32,000 nt of DNA from Candidatus Saccharimonadota bacterium (lineage in GTDB: Bacteria > Patescibacteriota > Saccharimonadia > Saccharimonadales > Saccharimonadaceae). The notes under the pieces are model-generated. The model searched no databases. It was not told the origin of the DNA and saw nothing but the letters and a program-made list of their open reading frames with translations. Made by a program: the position numbers and the translations under genes. Shown here one piece after another: positions 16,573 to 23,957 of the stretch (within the stretch, counting starts at the first letter, position 1; every line of letters starts with the position of its first letter). Location of the stretch: positions 660,001-692,000 of the forward strand of contig CP060232.1 in assembly GCA_023898645.1 (NCBI GenBank), written 5' to 3'.

Positions 16573-17238
16573 ATGAAAAAGAGACTGAGCCTACTGATGA
16601 CGTCTATTCTGGCCATGGCAACAGCCATTCTGCCTACAGGAATTGCTCACGCAGACGTCAACTGTCCGATCGCTCTGACATTCGACGACGGCCCAGGCCC
16701 GTACACCAATCAAATCGTCGACGCTCTCGCAGCACATGGCGCGGTGGCGACCTTTTTCATGGTCGGCACCATGGCACAATCATGGCCGGGCGCAGCATCG
16801 TATGTGGCAAGTCACGGGAACCAAATCGGCAATCACAGCGTCCGACATGACGATTTACTCGGCATGAGTGTCGACGCCGCTGCGGCAGATATCCGACAAG
16901 CTCAAGGCATGATTGCTGGTGTCACTGGCGTAACACCTCTTGTCATGCGGCCGCCATATGGCGACACCAGCGACGCAATTGTCGCCGCAGTAGGTATGCC
17001 CGAGATCTTGTGGTCGTACGATTCGCTAGACTACGCAACTCACAACACCGAGTCAACGTATAGTAACGTTACTGCAAATGCGCAGTGCGGAGGAATCGTA
17101 CTGATGCACGACATTCACTCCAGCACGGCTGCGGCGGTGTCTCGAATTCTCGACAACCTCCAGGCACGTGGTTTTTACATGGTGACTGTCCAAAACCTCA
17201 TCGGCATCCCGCCGGCAGGTAGGTATTTCCACCAGTAG
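16573..17238 (+). CDS. Secreted polysaccharide/peptidoglycan deacetylase (NodB homology, CE4)
   Basis: All five CE4 motifs are present: TFDDGP, GNHSVRHDD (H-S-x-x-H), RPPYG, SYDSLDY, IVLMHD. I moved the start to the ATG at 16573 (MKKRLSLLM..., a signal peptide ending in AHA), which is preceded by GGAAGGTG. Confidence 0.85.
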   Translation: MKKRLSLLMTSILAMATAILPTGIAHADVNCPIALTFDDGPGPYTNQIVDALAAHGAVATFFMVGTMAQSWPGAASYVASHGNQIGNHSVRHDDLLGMSVDAAAADIRQAQGMIAGVTGVTPLVMRPPYGDTSDAIVAAVGMPEILWSYDSLDYATHNTESTYSNVTANAQCGGIVLMHDIHSSTAAAVSRILDNLQARGFYMVTVQNLIGIPPAGRYFHQ

Positions 17239-17252
17239 GGCTTCGGCCCCAC

Positions 17253-17281
17253 AGCCCCGCTACGGCGGGGCTATTCTTTTT
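17253..17281 (+). terminator. Rho-independent terminator
   Basis: Stem agccccgc / gcggggct (8 bp), loop tacg, then attcttttt. Confidence 0.8.
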
Positions 17282-17317
17282 GGGCAAGGTCACTTTGCTA
17301 TAATTCCCATATACATC

Positions 17318-17476
17318 ATGCCTGCTTTTACTACATTTGCATTTCCTCACATACATCTCCCGCCAGAAGTTTTTGATTGGTTTTCGTCTCACTTTTGGGT
17401 TACGGTGACACTCATCCCCATGCTCATTGCTATCACAGTGGGGTACATCGTGCTAAGTAATCATTTGAAAGATTAA
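17318..17476 (+). CDS. Possible small (52 aa) single-helix membrane protein
   Basis: ORF below the track cutoff: MPAFTTFAFPHIHLPPEVFDWFSSHFWVTVTLIPMLIAITVGYIVLSNHLKD. An extended -10 TGCTATAAT (17296-17304) lies 13 nt upstream. No RBS. Confidence 0.3.
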   Translation: MPAFTTFAFPHIHLPPEVFDWFSSHFWVTVTLIPMLIAITVGYIVLSNHLKD

Positions 17477-17554
17477 TACGAACAAAGCTAGCTAACGCGT
17501 GTTCACGGTGGCCCCGCATTTGCTCTGTATCAATTAACCTTCTATACTCTAGAT

Positions 17555-18397
17555 ATGCTTAAGCAAAATCAAAAAGGTATAAGCTTGGTTAAGTTAGTCC
17601 TCATTTTCGTTGCTATCGTACTAACCGGCATGGCTGGTTTTTTCGTTTACGATCGCTTAAACCATCATAGTGGAGGCAGCATCGATTTATCTGCCGAGCA
17701 AGTCTCTTCGTTGCCAGACATTAGTTATTTCAAAGACCATAAATCCGACCAGTTCATAGTCGACATGAATCTGGTTCAAACCGGCTTCCCATTTAAGGGC
17801 AAACGGTCAGCCGCGCCGCATACCGGTGCGCACACCCAATTTGGCGACGACTACAAACGATGGCCACAAGGTGGCGCCTCGCCTAACAATTATCCACCTG
17901 TATATAGCCCGGTCGACGGCTACGTTTTTAACGTAAAGAGTCATTTTTCGGACTATTCAAAAAATCCCGTTGATCTATATGGCCTGCAGATTGCATTTGC
18001 CAAAAGTGACGGTAAGGCATGGTCGATCCTTTATAGTCTAGAACCATTCGTCAAAGAACCGTCACCTGGATTTTACGCGAAATTTATAGATGTCAAAGAG
18101 GGCCAGAAAGTACACAAAGGCCAAGTCATAGCCCATATGTACCTGTCAAAAGACAGCGGCGGCGGCCAAAACGAACACATTCACTTTCAGCTAAACAAAG
18201 ACGGCGACGGTCAGACTTATGCGCCCGCCATATTTACAAAATCAGTTGTCGACAGTTTCCATGATCACTGGGGATCGTTTGGCGTAGACGAGATCCACAA
18301 CGACCCACACGGCCCAAGATTCCCTGCCTGCATGGGATACAAATTATCTGCGGCAGAAAATCCATTTGGTACCGGCGCCGTTGACTGCTTAAACTAA
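17555..18397 (+). CDS. Membrane-anchored M23/LytM-like peptidase-domain protein
   Basis: 280 aa with an N-terminal TM anchor. The block VDGYVFNV...LQIAF...ILYSLEP...VKEGQKVHKGQVIAHMY...NEHIHFQL matches the M23 layout, ending in the HxH motif. The upstream HxxxD motif is not obvious. Confidence 0.55.
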   Translation: MLKQNQKGISLVKLVLIFVAIVLTGMAGFFVYDRLNHHSGGSIDLSAEQVSSLPDISYFKDHKSDQFIVDMNLVQTGFPFKGKRSAAPHTGAHTQFGDDYKRWPQGGASPNNYPPVYSPVDGYVFNVKSHFSDYSKNPVDLYGLQIAFAKSDGKAWSILYSLEPFVKEPSPGFYAKFIDVKEGQKVHKGQVIAHMYLSKDSGGGQNEHIHFQLNKDGDGQTYAPAIFTKSVVDSFHDHWGSFGVDEIHNDPHGPRFPACMGYKLSAAENPFGTGAVDCLN

Positions 18398-18461
18398 CAT
18401 ATTTCTGACAGACATAGTTCTTGCACTACCGTAACTCCGCCGTTGATTGATTGCAGAGTTT

Positions 18462-18962
18462 TTATTTCCTTAATATAAACTGCCCCTTGCTGGGGTATGG
18501 CAACGCTTCTTTGATTTTATCGGCAATTTTTTTTGGGTCGTCCACATCTGTAAATTCTAGCTCCTGACCAAGTGTCGGTATGTATATCACCACTGTACCC
18601 GTATTTAAAATCCTACTCAGCACGCCCTGATGCACCGTCACCGACTGAATGTTGTTATATGGATACGCTCTTTCCTGTTTCTGAAGGATTCCCGTGACGG
18701 TCACGACTTCACTCACTTTAATGATGTAGTATTCGCTAGACCACTTAAACCATAGATAAGCGAGTAGAGACAGCTGGCACATCAGTAGCAAAACCTGAAC
18801 AATTTGCGGCACACCCCGCCAGTCAACGCCATTCGACCTCTCTGCCACTTCCACCAATCCTGTTATAAAAAAATACACCAACTCTAAAAGAATCTCCAAA
18901 AGTATGAGTCTCATGATGAATAATTTGATACTTCTTCGAACAGTCTCTTCGGCTATTACCAT
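18462..18962 (-). CDS. Membrane protein with a bacterial PH (bPH_2/YdbT-like) domain
   Basis: 166 aa with two N-terminal TM helices. These are followed by YYIIKVSEVVTVTGILQKQERAYPYNNIQSVTVHQGVLSRILNTGTVVIYIP, which is typical of the bPH_2 fold. Confidence 0.55.
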   Translation of the reverse strand: MVIAEETVRRSIKLFIMRLILLEILLELVYFFITGLVEVAERSNGVDWRGVPQIVQVLLLMCQLSLLAYLWFKWSSEYYIIKVSEVVTVTGILQKQERAYPYNNIQSVTVHQGVLSRILNTGTVVIYIPTLGQELEFTDVDDPKKIADKIKEALPYPSKGQFILRK

Positions 18963-19054
18963 AATTTTATGTGATCTTTTTCAGAAATAATATTACATCC
19001 ACTTCTTTGTATTTTATGGCACTGGGCACATTAAGACTGTGAAAAATTAATCTA

Positions 19055-19107
19055 AGTATTTACTTAAAACAAAGAAGAGCCCGCCAGAAGGAGCGAACTC
19101 AACTTCA
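19055..19107 (-). terminator. Terminator for minus-strand gene 19120-19671
   Basis: Stem agcccgc / gcgggct. On the minus strand it is followed by cttctttgtttt. The loop is long (about 25 nt), so confidence is moderate. Confidence 0.45.
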
Positions 19108-19119
19108 TAGCGGGCTTAG

Positions 19120-19671
19120 TTACGGCACTCGACAAGCGCCATTACTCATGAGCGGCCTTAGGTCGACCGGCATGTTTGGGTCAGGATCCTTAATGATAGT
19201 TTCCTGCCTCTTGCCAGCGGCCGTCAACGCATTCTCGCAAGCCAGCACTTCGGCATTAGTACCCGATGGTTCTAGCCACAAATCTACATGATTTGCGCCA
19301 TGAGAACATGCACAAAGGTCTTCCATGACAAAGTAGCGCTGAAACCTCGGCACATATATACGAGTACCAGTAGGGTATACATCCGGATGTGCGGTGGCAA
19401 ATGTCTGCGGATCGTCATACGTACCGGTACCGCCAGCCCGCGCGTGCCTTGGCGCCGGCCCAGAGTAGGAGATTTTGCGAGAACCCGGAGGGTCATTGTC
19501 CGGTACGCTATAAAACGTCACCCAGCCAGACATCTCCGAGCCACCTGACGCACGTGCTACAGACGGCGTCCGCACTGCCCGCATAATCCCAAAAACTGCG
19601 CCGTATATGACAACGGCGACCAGTACGAATAGTATGGCAAACTTGCGTAGCACTTCTTTTCGTTGCGACAT
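19120..19671 (-). CDS. Anchored or secreted protein with a 3D/double-psi-beta-barrel-like C-terminal domain
   Basis: 183 aa with an N-terminal anchor. The segment YPTGTRIYVPRFQRYFVMEDLCACS...NHVDLWLE resembles the 3D/MltA-C pattern. It has several Cys. Confidence 0.45.
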   Translation of the reverse strand: MSQRKEVLRKFAILFVLVAVVIYGAVFGIMRAVRTPSVARASGGSEMSGWVTFYSVPDNDPPGSRKISYSGPAPRHARAGGTGTYDDPQTFATAHPDVYPTGTRIYVPRFQRYFVMEDLCACSHGANHVDLWLEPSGTNAEVLACENALTAAGKRQETIIKDPDPNMPVDLRPLMSNGACRVP

Positions 19672-19806
19672 TCATATCCTCTCAATTAGGGTACAGATGA
19701 ATGCTCACCTATAGTATGAATGAATTTTTCGGCCGATTCACCAAGTTATTTCACAATTACCACTATTCTAAGCTCATTTAGGGATGAGCAACGAAGCCCT
19801 GCTAAC

Positions 19807-19835
19807 TTGCTTATTTATATAATTTATGTTAAAAT
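19807..19835 (+). promoter_or_regulatory. Promoter driving a leaderless transcript for the 74-aa ORF
   Basis: TTGCTT - 17 nt - TGtTAAAAT (extended -10). The ATG at 19842 lies exactly 6 nt after the -10 hexamer. No RBS. Confidence 0.6.
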
Positions 19836-19841
19836 ATATTT

Positions 19842-20066
19842 ATGAAAGAAACGAACCCTCGTTTTACAGATCTAAATCTTCGTCACATTCAAGAATCCGG
19901 GCGAGCACTTGCCAAATTCCTTATCGTACACCCCGAGATTGATCCGAACTTTGTCGACGACATGACCGACGAACAAGAAGCAGACTGGCAGCAATTCAGT
20001 TCAGACCTTGCGATTACGCAAGACATCGAACGCTGCGAGCTAGATATCGAACTACGCGAGAAATAA
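19842..20066 (+). CDS. Hypothetical small acidic protein
   Basis: 74-aa ORF with a well-formed promoter positioned for a leaderless mRNA. Confidence 0.5.
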   Translation: MKETNPRFTDLNLRHIQESGRALAKFLIVHPEIDPNFVDDMTDEQEADWQQFSSDLAITQDIERCELDIELREK

Positions 20067-20101
20067 GGACTCAAAGCGGCCGTTCGTATACGCCCGTTCG
20101 A

Positions 20102-20929
20102 CTACCCCTCAACTGGATCGAGCGTGTAGCAGCCAGGCACGACATGTTTTGACTCATCATAAAGCTTGGTGTCGCCCCTGTATTCTTCCCATGCTTTGTA
20201 AAACGCCGTCAGATTTTTCCATACAGAATCCTTGATCGAATCATCTAGATAGTTAAACGGACATACGTGAGTAGGCGGGTTGCCTGCATGCAATATGCCG
20301 ATTTCGTATAGCCCAAAACCAGGGTGATACTGCGAATCATGCGTACTGACCTCGGCAATAACTTGTCCGGCCTTTACTTTGTCGCCGACTTTTACGAGCG
20401 GATTGATCACATGTTCGGTTTCGTATAGCCACTGGCTATCTTTGTTTGTGCCAACCTGTATTGAGTAGTCGTTGCTATACAACTTGGGCACGTCGACTAC
20501 AACACCGTCGACTAGCGAATGAACTTTGGTGCCCAGTGGCAATATAAATGTCGGCTGCGGATTCAAGCGACGCTGAGCCACGCTATTTGCTTCGGCCACT
20601 GCGCCATAGTCGAAAAAGATAACGTCTTTGTAGCCCTCGATATGCAGCTTGGTAAACACCATGTCACCAGCCTTACCGGTAGCGGGGTCATACTCGCCCA
20701 GATTAATACCGATACTTTTGAGCTTCAGCGGGGGAGTATCAGTACTTTCGGATTTGGCACTATCGCCAATAAGTCCACCGACAAAATTATTTGAGTTGCT
20801 GTTTTCGTCGGTAAGCAACGACACAAGCATATACCCGACAACACCAACAAGGGCGACAACCACCAGTCCGATGACTATAGGTACGACACTTCCGCGTTGA
20901 TTTGAGTAATTCGTATTCATGATAAACAC
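20102..20929 (-). CDS. Membrane-anchored M23/LytM-like domain protein, possibly non-catalytic
   Basis: 275 aa with an N-terminal TM anchor. The block VHSLVDGVVVDV...YSIQVG...WLYETEHV...VKVGDKVKAGQVIAEVS follows the M23 layout and parallels 17555-18397. The terminal HxH motif is missing. The start could be GTG 20929 or ATG 20920. Confidence 0.5.
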   Translation of the reverse strand: MFIMNTNYSNQRGSVVPIVIGLVVVALVGVVGYMLVSLLTDENSNSNNFVGGLIGDSAKSESTDTPPLKLKSIGINLGEYDPATGKAGDMVFTKLHIEGYKDVIFFDYGAVAEANSVAQRRLNPQPTFILPLGTKVHSLVDGVVVDVPKLYSNDYSIQVGTNKDSQWLYETEHVINPLVKVGDKVKAGQVIAEVSTHDSQYHPGFGLYEIGILHAGNPPTHVCPFNYLDDSIKDSVWKNLTAFYKAWEEYRGDTKLYDESKHVVPGCYTLDPVEG

Positions 20930-21095
20930 TATAGTTTAAAACATAAGCAAAACAAAATCTGCCTGCAAGAATATCCGACTCTTACCAAAAACAACTTTGC
21001 TTGTTTGGCATGCGTATGCTATAAATACCGTACCGTTACTAGCATCAACTGCTAGCGACACGACACCTATCCACCATCAGGAAAAGGATGTACAA

Positions 21096-21239
21096 ATGAT
21101 AAAATTTCTTGTCGCTGTGCTTTCTCTGCCCAAAACCCTGCTGACCTTGCTCGCTGACAGCATCCGCAACAGCGCGGGAGTCGAAGGAAGAGACGTCTTG
21201 CCAATCGACGTACTGGGCGACGAAAAAACCGACAAATAG
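21096..21239 (+). CDS. Possible small (47 aa) protein
   Basis: The ATG at 21096 lies 7 nt after AAGGA, and a terminator follows. The track start at 20997 has no signal in front of it. Confidence 0.3.
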   Translation: MIKFLVAVLSLPKTLLTLLADSIRNSAGVEGRDVLPIDVLGDEKTDK

Positions 21240-21263
21240 CTCCGCCCAAGTGGCCGGTTGAGC

Positions 21264-21299
21264 AAAAAAGCTCCCGGCACTAACCGCGGAGCTTTTTTT
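21264..21299. terminator. Bidirectional terminator between convergent genes
   Basis: aaaaaagctcc ... ggagctttttt. The stem agctcc / ggagct has an A-run on one side and a T-run on the other. It lies just downstream of the trxA stop on the minus strand. Confidence 0.7.
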
Positions 21300-21318
21300 A
21301 TTTGGCTGGGTACTAGAT

Positions 21319-21657
21319 CTATTTGGCTGCCGCAGCGGTCAGTTGTTCCCGTAGCGTCGACTCCGGTACCATGCCGATGATGTTGTCGACTTGTTTGCCG
21401 GCCTTGTACACTATCATGTTTGGGATGCTCTGCACTCCATGCTCCCCGGCAAGCGCGTTGTTGTCGGCAGACTCTTCAATGTTAACTTTTACCACATCTG
21501 TAGTGTCGTCGAGTTTATCTGCTAGTGAAATCAACGCCGGTGACATCGCACGGCATGGCGGGCACCAAGCAGCCCAAAAATCTACCAGTACGACTTTGTC
21601 GCTCTTTAGTACCTTCTCTTCAAATTCCTGTTTGGTCGTTGTGTTATATAAAGCCAT
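21319..21657 (-). CDS. trxA: Thioredoxin with a WCPPC active site
   Basis: 112 aa with thioredoxin-fold hallmarks: VLVDFWAAWCPPCR, VKVNIEE, IPNMIVYKAGK. TATACT lies 6 nt upstream of the ATG on the minus strand, with no RBS. Confidence 0.92.
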   Translation of the reverse strand: MALYNTTTKQEFEEKVLKSDKVVLVDFWAAWCPPCRAMSPALISLADKLDDTTDVVKVNIEESADNNALAGEHGVQSIPNMIVYKAGKQVDNIIGMVPESTLREQLTAAAAK

Positions 21658-21736
21658 ATACTTAGTATAGCGTATTTGCGCCGGCTGATTGCGGAGGTTG
21701 GTGACTATGCGTAAAATCGGAGTTTTCTTATCTGTT

Positions 21737-21751
21737 CAGGGTTAGACCCTG
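21737..21751. repeat. REP-like hairpin
   Basis: cagggt-tag-accctg. It abuts the 5' edge of 147-bp repeat copy A and is related to the AGGGTTAAACCCC motif family. Confidence 0.6.
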
Positions 21752-21752
21752 A

Positions 21753-21899
21753 ATCCATTCGCGCGAAGTCGAAGGGTGACATCTGCAGACACCGGAAAGT
21801 CGGGTGGCGGCGGGCAGTCATGAACCGAGGACTGTTTGAACCCGACAGTAGCGCCTGACGGCGTGAGTTTCGCAGGTTCTGATTGCTTGACGTCGCATG
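21753..21899 (+). repeat. 147-bp direct repeat, copy A (variant copy of the candidate RNA element)
   Basis: Identical to 23806-23952 except A at 21858 versus T at 23911. It is bracketed by REP-like hairpins at 21737-21751 and 21903-21918. Confidence 0.9.
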
Positions 21900-21902
21900 A
21901 GC

Positions 21903-22635
21903 TAAGGGTTAAACCCCAAGAAGTAAGAAATTATTGTATAGTTATCTTCCGTACAATTCCCGTTTGATACTGTCACGCTCGCGTTGCTCGTCTTCATAAT
22001 CTGACACAAACTCTTCGTAGACAGCACTAGATGAGAATAGTCCAAGAATCGATTTCGCATCAATCCAATCTCGGCAAATACCCATATAATCCTGATAGCT
22101 GCTATGCTCCCATGTCCTGTATTTCGAATGATTTAGGTGAATATACCGAGTAATATGCATCAGCTGAATATCATTCTCAATCCATACGGCCTTATAAGTT
22201 GATTCAAACAGCGAGCCGCGGCGCTTGTGTCGTTTATTGAAATATGCAGTATAGGCCGTGATGAGACTGGTCATAAAACGCGTGATGGCCGATTCATCGT
22301 CATATTGATAAAACAGCATATGGAAATGATTACCCATCAGACAATAAGCGATTAGATGAACGTCCGGGTAGAAGTGCTTAAACAATCTTCCGGTGTCGTC
22401 TTTGCCTTGCTCGGGCGACAAGTGGCGGGCGAGTAGATTCTCGAAATAATAACGATCCGCGTCGTCGATGAATATGTTACCCAGATTCCATCCACGGTTA
22501 TACACGTGATAATACGAGTTCGGAACAAACACCTTCACGACGTTTTTTGTTGGCATAAGTATACTATATACTAATTTACACCTTTTCGGGGTTTAACCCT
22601 TAAATCTTCGGGGTTTAACCCTTAAATCCCTTAAA
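21903..22635 (-). mobile_element. RAYT-type transposase unit: gene flanked by inverted REP-like motifs
   Basis: taagggttaaacccca (21903-21918) lies on one side. Two tandem inverted copies cggggtttaacccttaaat (22586-22604 and 22608-22626, 22-bp period) plus a partial copy lie on the other side of ORF 21942-22556. Confidence 0.6.
21942..22556 (-). CDS. REP-associated tyrosine transposase-like HUH (Y1, IS200-like) protein
   Basis: 204 aa. HUH motif is NHFHMLF and the catalytic-Tyr helix is ITRYIHLNH. Its size and the flanking palindromic motifs fit a RAYT rather than a canonical IS200 TnpA. There is no tnpB. Confidence 0.8.
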   Translation of the reverse strand: MPTKNVVKVFVPNSYYHVYNRGWNLGNIFIDDADRYYFENLLARHLSPEQGKDDTGRLFKHFYPDVHLIAYCLMGNHFHMLFYQYDDESAITRFMTSLITAYTAYFNKRHKRRGSLFESTYKAVWIENDIQLMHITRYIHLNHSKYRTWEHSSYQDYMGICRDWIDAKSILGLFSSSAVYEEFVSDYEDEQRERDSIKRELYGR

Positions 22636-22685
22636 TCCAGTAACTTTGATGGCGCAAAATCCCATTTTAAACAAATAACACCTGC

Positions 22686-22701
22686 AAGGGGTGAACCCTG
22701 G
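22686..22701. repeat. Degenerate REP-like motif
   Basis: aaggggtgaaccctgg. Its reverse complement ccagggttcacccctt resembles cagggttagaccctg. Confidence 0.4.
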
Positions 22702-22732
22702 AGCACACAACTCGTGATATTTCACGCATATG

Positions 22733-23269
22733 TTAATTGGGGGAAATAAACCTTACGATCATAATGGGATCAACGGGCCAAGAGGAAAGACTTATCATCA
22801 TTGCGATGGTTACTATCGCCACGACGCTTAGGAGGATTCCAATGATTCCCATCGCGTCATAAGAGTTAATCGAAGCTGCGATATTTGGGTGCTGATTATT
22901 ATAGCTATAGCCCCTTTGAGATAAATATACACACGCCGTAACGATACTAATAGCAGCGAAAACGCCCCCCAGCACAGCAAAACTAAATATGAAGCCAAGA
23001 ATACCCAAGACTAAAGTAGCAACAGAAAGACGCCGCATATTCAATGAAATCGAAGTCTTATCACCATGCGACATACCGCCATTTACCATTCTACGTCTTG
23101 ACTCAATGTATAGCGCAGCAACTAAACCCATTGTAATCACATTACCCGTATTCGCGCGCGGGTCAAGGACTAGACCCAGCAAGCACAAAAGACCAAGTAT
23201 AGATAGCCCAACAATGGTTCGTACGTTGAAAATTTTTTGTTTATTTTCTGGTTGCATCTTGCTATCCAT
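22733..23269 (-). CDS. Hypothetical polytopic membrane protein
   Basis: 178 aa with 4-5 hydrophobic helices. One is a small-residue-rich helix, GILGFIFSFAVLGGVFAAISIV. Confidence 0.55.
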   Translation of the reverse strand: MDSKMQPENKQKIFNVRTIVGLSILGLLCLLGLVLDPRANTGNVITMGLVAALYIESRRRMVNGGMSHGDKTSISLNMRRLSVATLVLGILGFIFSFAVLGGVFAAISIVTACVYLSQRGYSYNNQHPNIAASINSYDAMGIIGILLSVVAIVTIAMMISLSSWPVDPIMIVRFISPN

Positions 23270-23383
23270 CCTAATTTATCAATAAATAATATCAACGATA
23301 GTAGCACGTCGGTGTTAACCGGTATACACGCGTAGGTTACTCAGGGTTATAGGGCCAGGCCTGTAGATCGTCTGAAATTTAAT

Positions 23384-23408
23384 AGGGCGAGTCGCTTGGA
23401 CTCGCCCT
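23384..23408 (-). terminator. Hairpin 6 nt downstream of the stop of gene 23414-23653
   Basis: Stem agggcgagtc / gactcgccct (10 bp), loop gcttg. The trailing T-run on the minus strand (tattaaattt) is weak. Confidence 0.5.
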
Positions 23409-23413
23409 TGTCG

Positions 23414-23653
23414 TCAGGACTTTTTTGCACCCAGACGCTTGGACTTGTTGGTAGCCAGCAGGTACACAATTGGTACGAAACCAAACGTGTTGGTCGCAAG
23501 AATGACGATAAACCATCCGACTTCGTGCCGCACACTAGCAGCGCGCCACAGCGCCAAGCCCTTCCAGGTAAGATCCCAGATGACCACAACGAGGATTGCG
23601 AACCTCATCCATACGGAAAGACTGTCCAGATTACTTGCCCATGTCGTAAACAT
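23414..23653 (-). CDS. Small (79 aa) two-helix membrane protein
   Basis: I moved the start to the ATG at 23653, 8 nt after AAGGAG. The track GTG at 23662 is part of that RBS. The sequence has Trp-rich helices: MRFAILVVVIWDLTWKGLALW and GWFIVILATNTFGFVPIVYLL. Confidence 0.6.
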   Translation of the reverse strand: MFTTWASNLDSLSVWMRFAILVVVIWDLTWKGLALWRAASVRHEVGWFIVILATNTFGFVPIVYLLATNKSKRLGAKKS

Positions 23654-23805
23654 TGCCACCACTCCTTTTTATGATACTCATTGGCAAAATTATAATAGCA
23701 CGTAAAATATCGCTTTACACGGAATAACACGTACGAGTGATGAGCCTTGAGACCGTAAAAACAATCGTTTTATTATTTGGCTTTTAACACTGGTAATAAA
23801 ATATT

Positions 23806-23952
23806 ATCCATTCGCGCGAAGTCGAAGGGTGACATCTGCAGACACCGGAAAGTCGGGTGGCGGCGGGCAGTCATGAACCGAGGACTGTTTGAACCCGACA
23901 GTAGCGCCTGTCGGCGTGAGTTTCGCAGGTTCTGATTGCTTGACGTCGCATG
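23806..23952 (+). ncRNA. Candidate unclassified structured small RNA (147-bp repeat, copy B)
   Basis: A GC-rich island in AT-rich intergenic DNA. Helices: GTCGGG 23852-23857 / CCCGAC 23894-23899, CAGTC 23868-23872 / GACTG 23883-23887, CCGACAG 23895-23901 / CTGTCGG 23908-23914. The 5' and 3' ends can also pair (CCAT/ATGG, GCGA/TCGC, GTC/GAC). A plus-strand terminator follows. I recognised no known RNA family. Confidence 0.35.
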
Positions 23953-23957
23953 GCTTT

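Noticed and set aside
21709-21736. Possible weak extended homology of the sequence upstream of the two 147-bp copies (cgtaaaa...tcg...tttt...ttat)
   Set aside because: The regions are AT-rich, the match needs gaps, and a similar cgtaaaat string also occurs at 23701. By eye this cannot be told from chance. It needs a proper alignment statistic.
21942-22556. Considered calling this a complete IS200/IS605 element
   Set aside because: There is no tnpB. The protein is larger than typical IS200 TnpA. The flanks are short palindromic REP-like motifs rather than IS605-type left and right ends, so I called it RAYT-like.
22582-22635. Short tandem repeats (22-bp period) considered as a mini CRISPR array
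   Set aside because: There are only two and a half directly abutting units, with no spacers and no cas genes. The units are inverted copies of the motif on the other side of the RAYT gene, so I interpret them as REP-like elements.
23806-23952. 147-bp element considered as SRP RNA, RNase P fragment, tRNA/tmRNA, hammerhead ribozyme or a known riboswitch
   Set aside because: - GGAAAGTCGGG...GAACCCGAC superficially recalls RNase P helix P4, but the element is far too short.
- There is no SRP domain IV (GNAR loop with AGCA).
- There is no T-arm or acceptor end.
- There is no CUGAUGA/GAAA hammerhead core.
- Partial resemblance to the TPP and FMN 3' halves lacks the obligatory CUGAGA and GGAUGGGAGAAG elements.

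I therefore left it unclassified rather than named.
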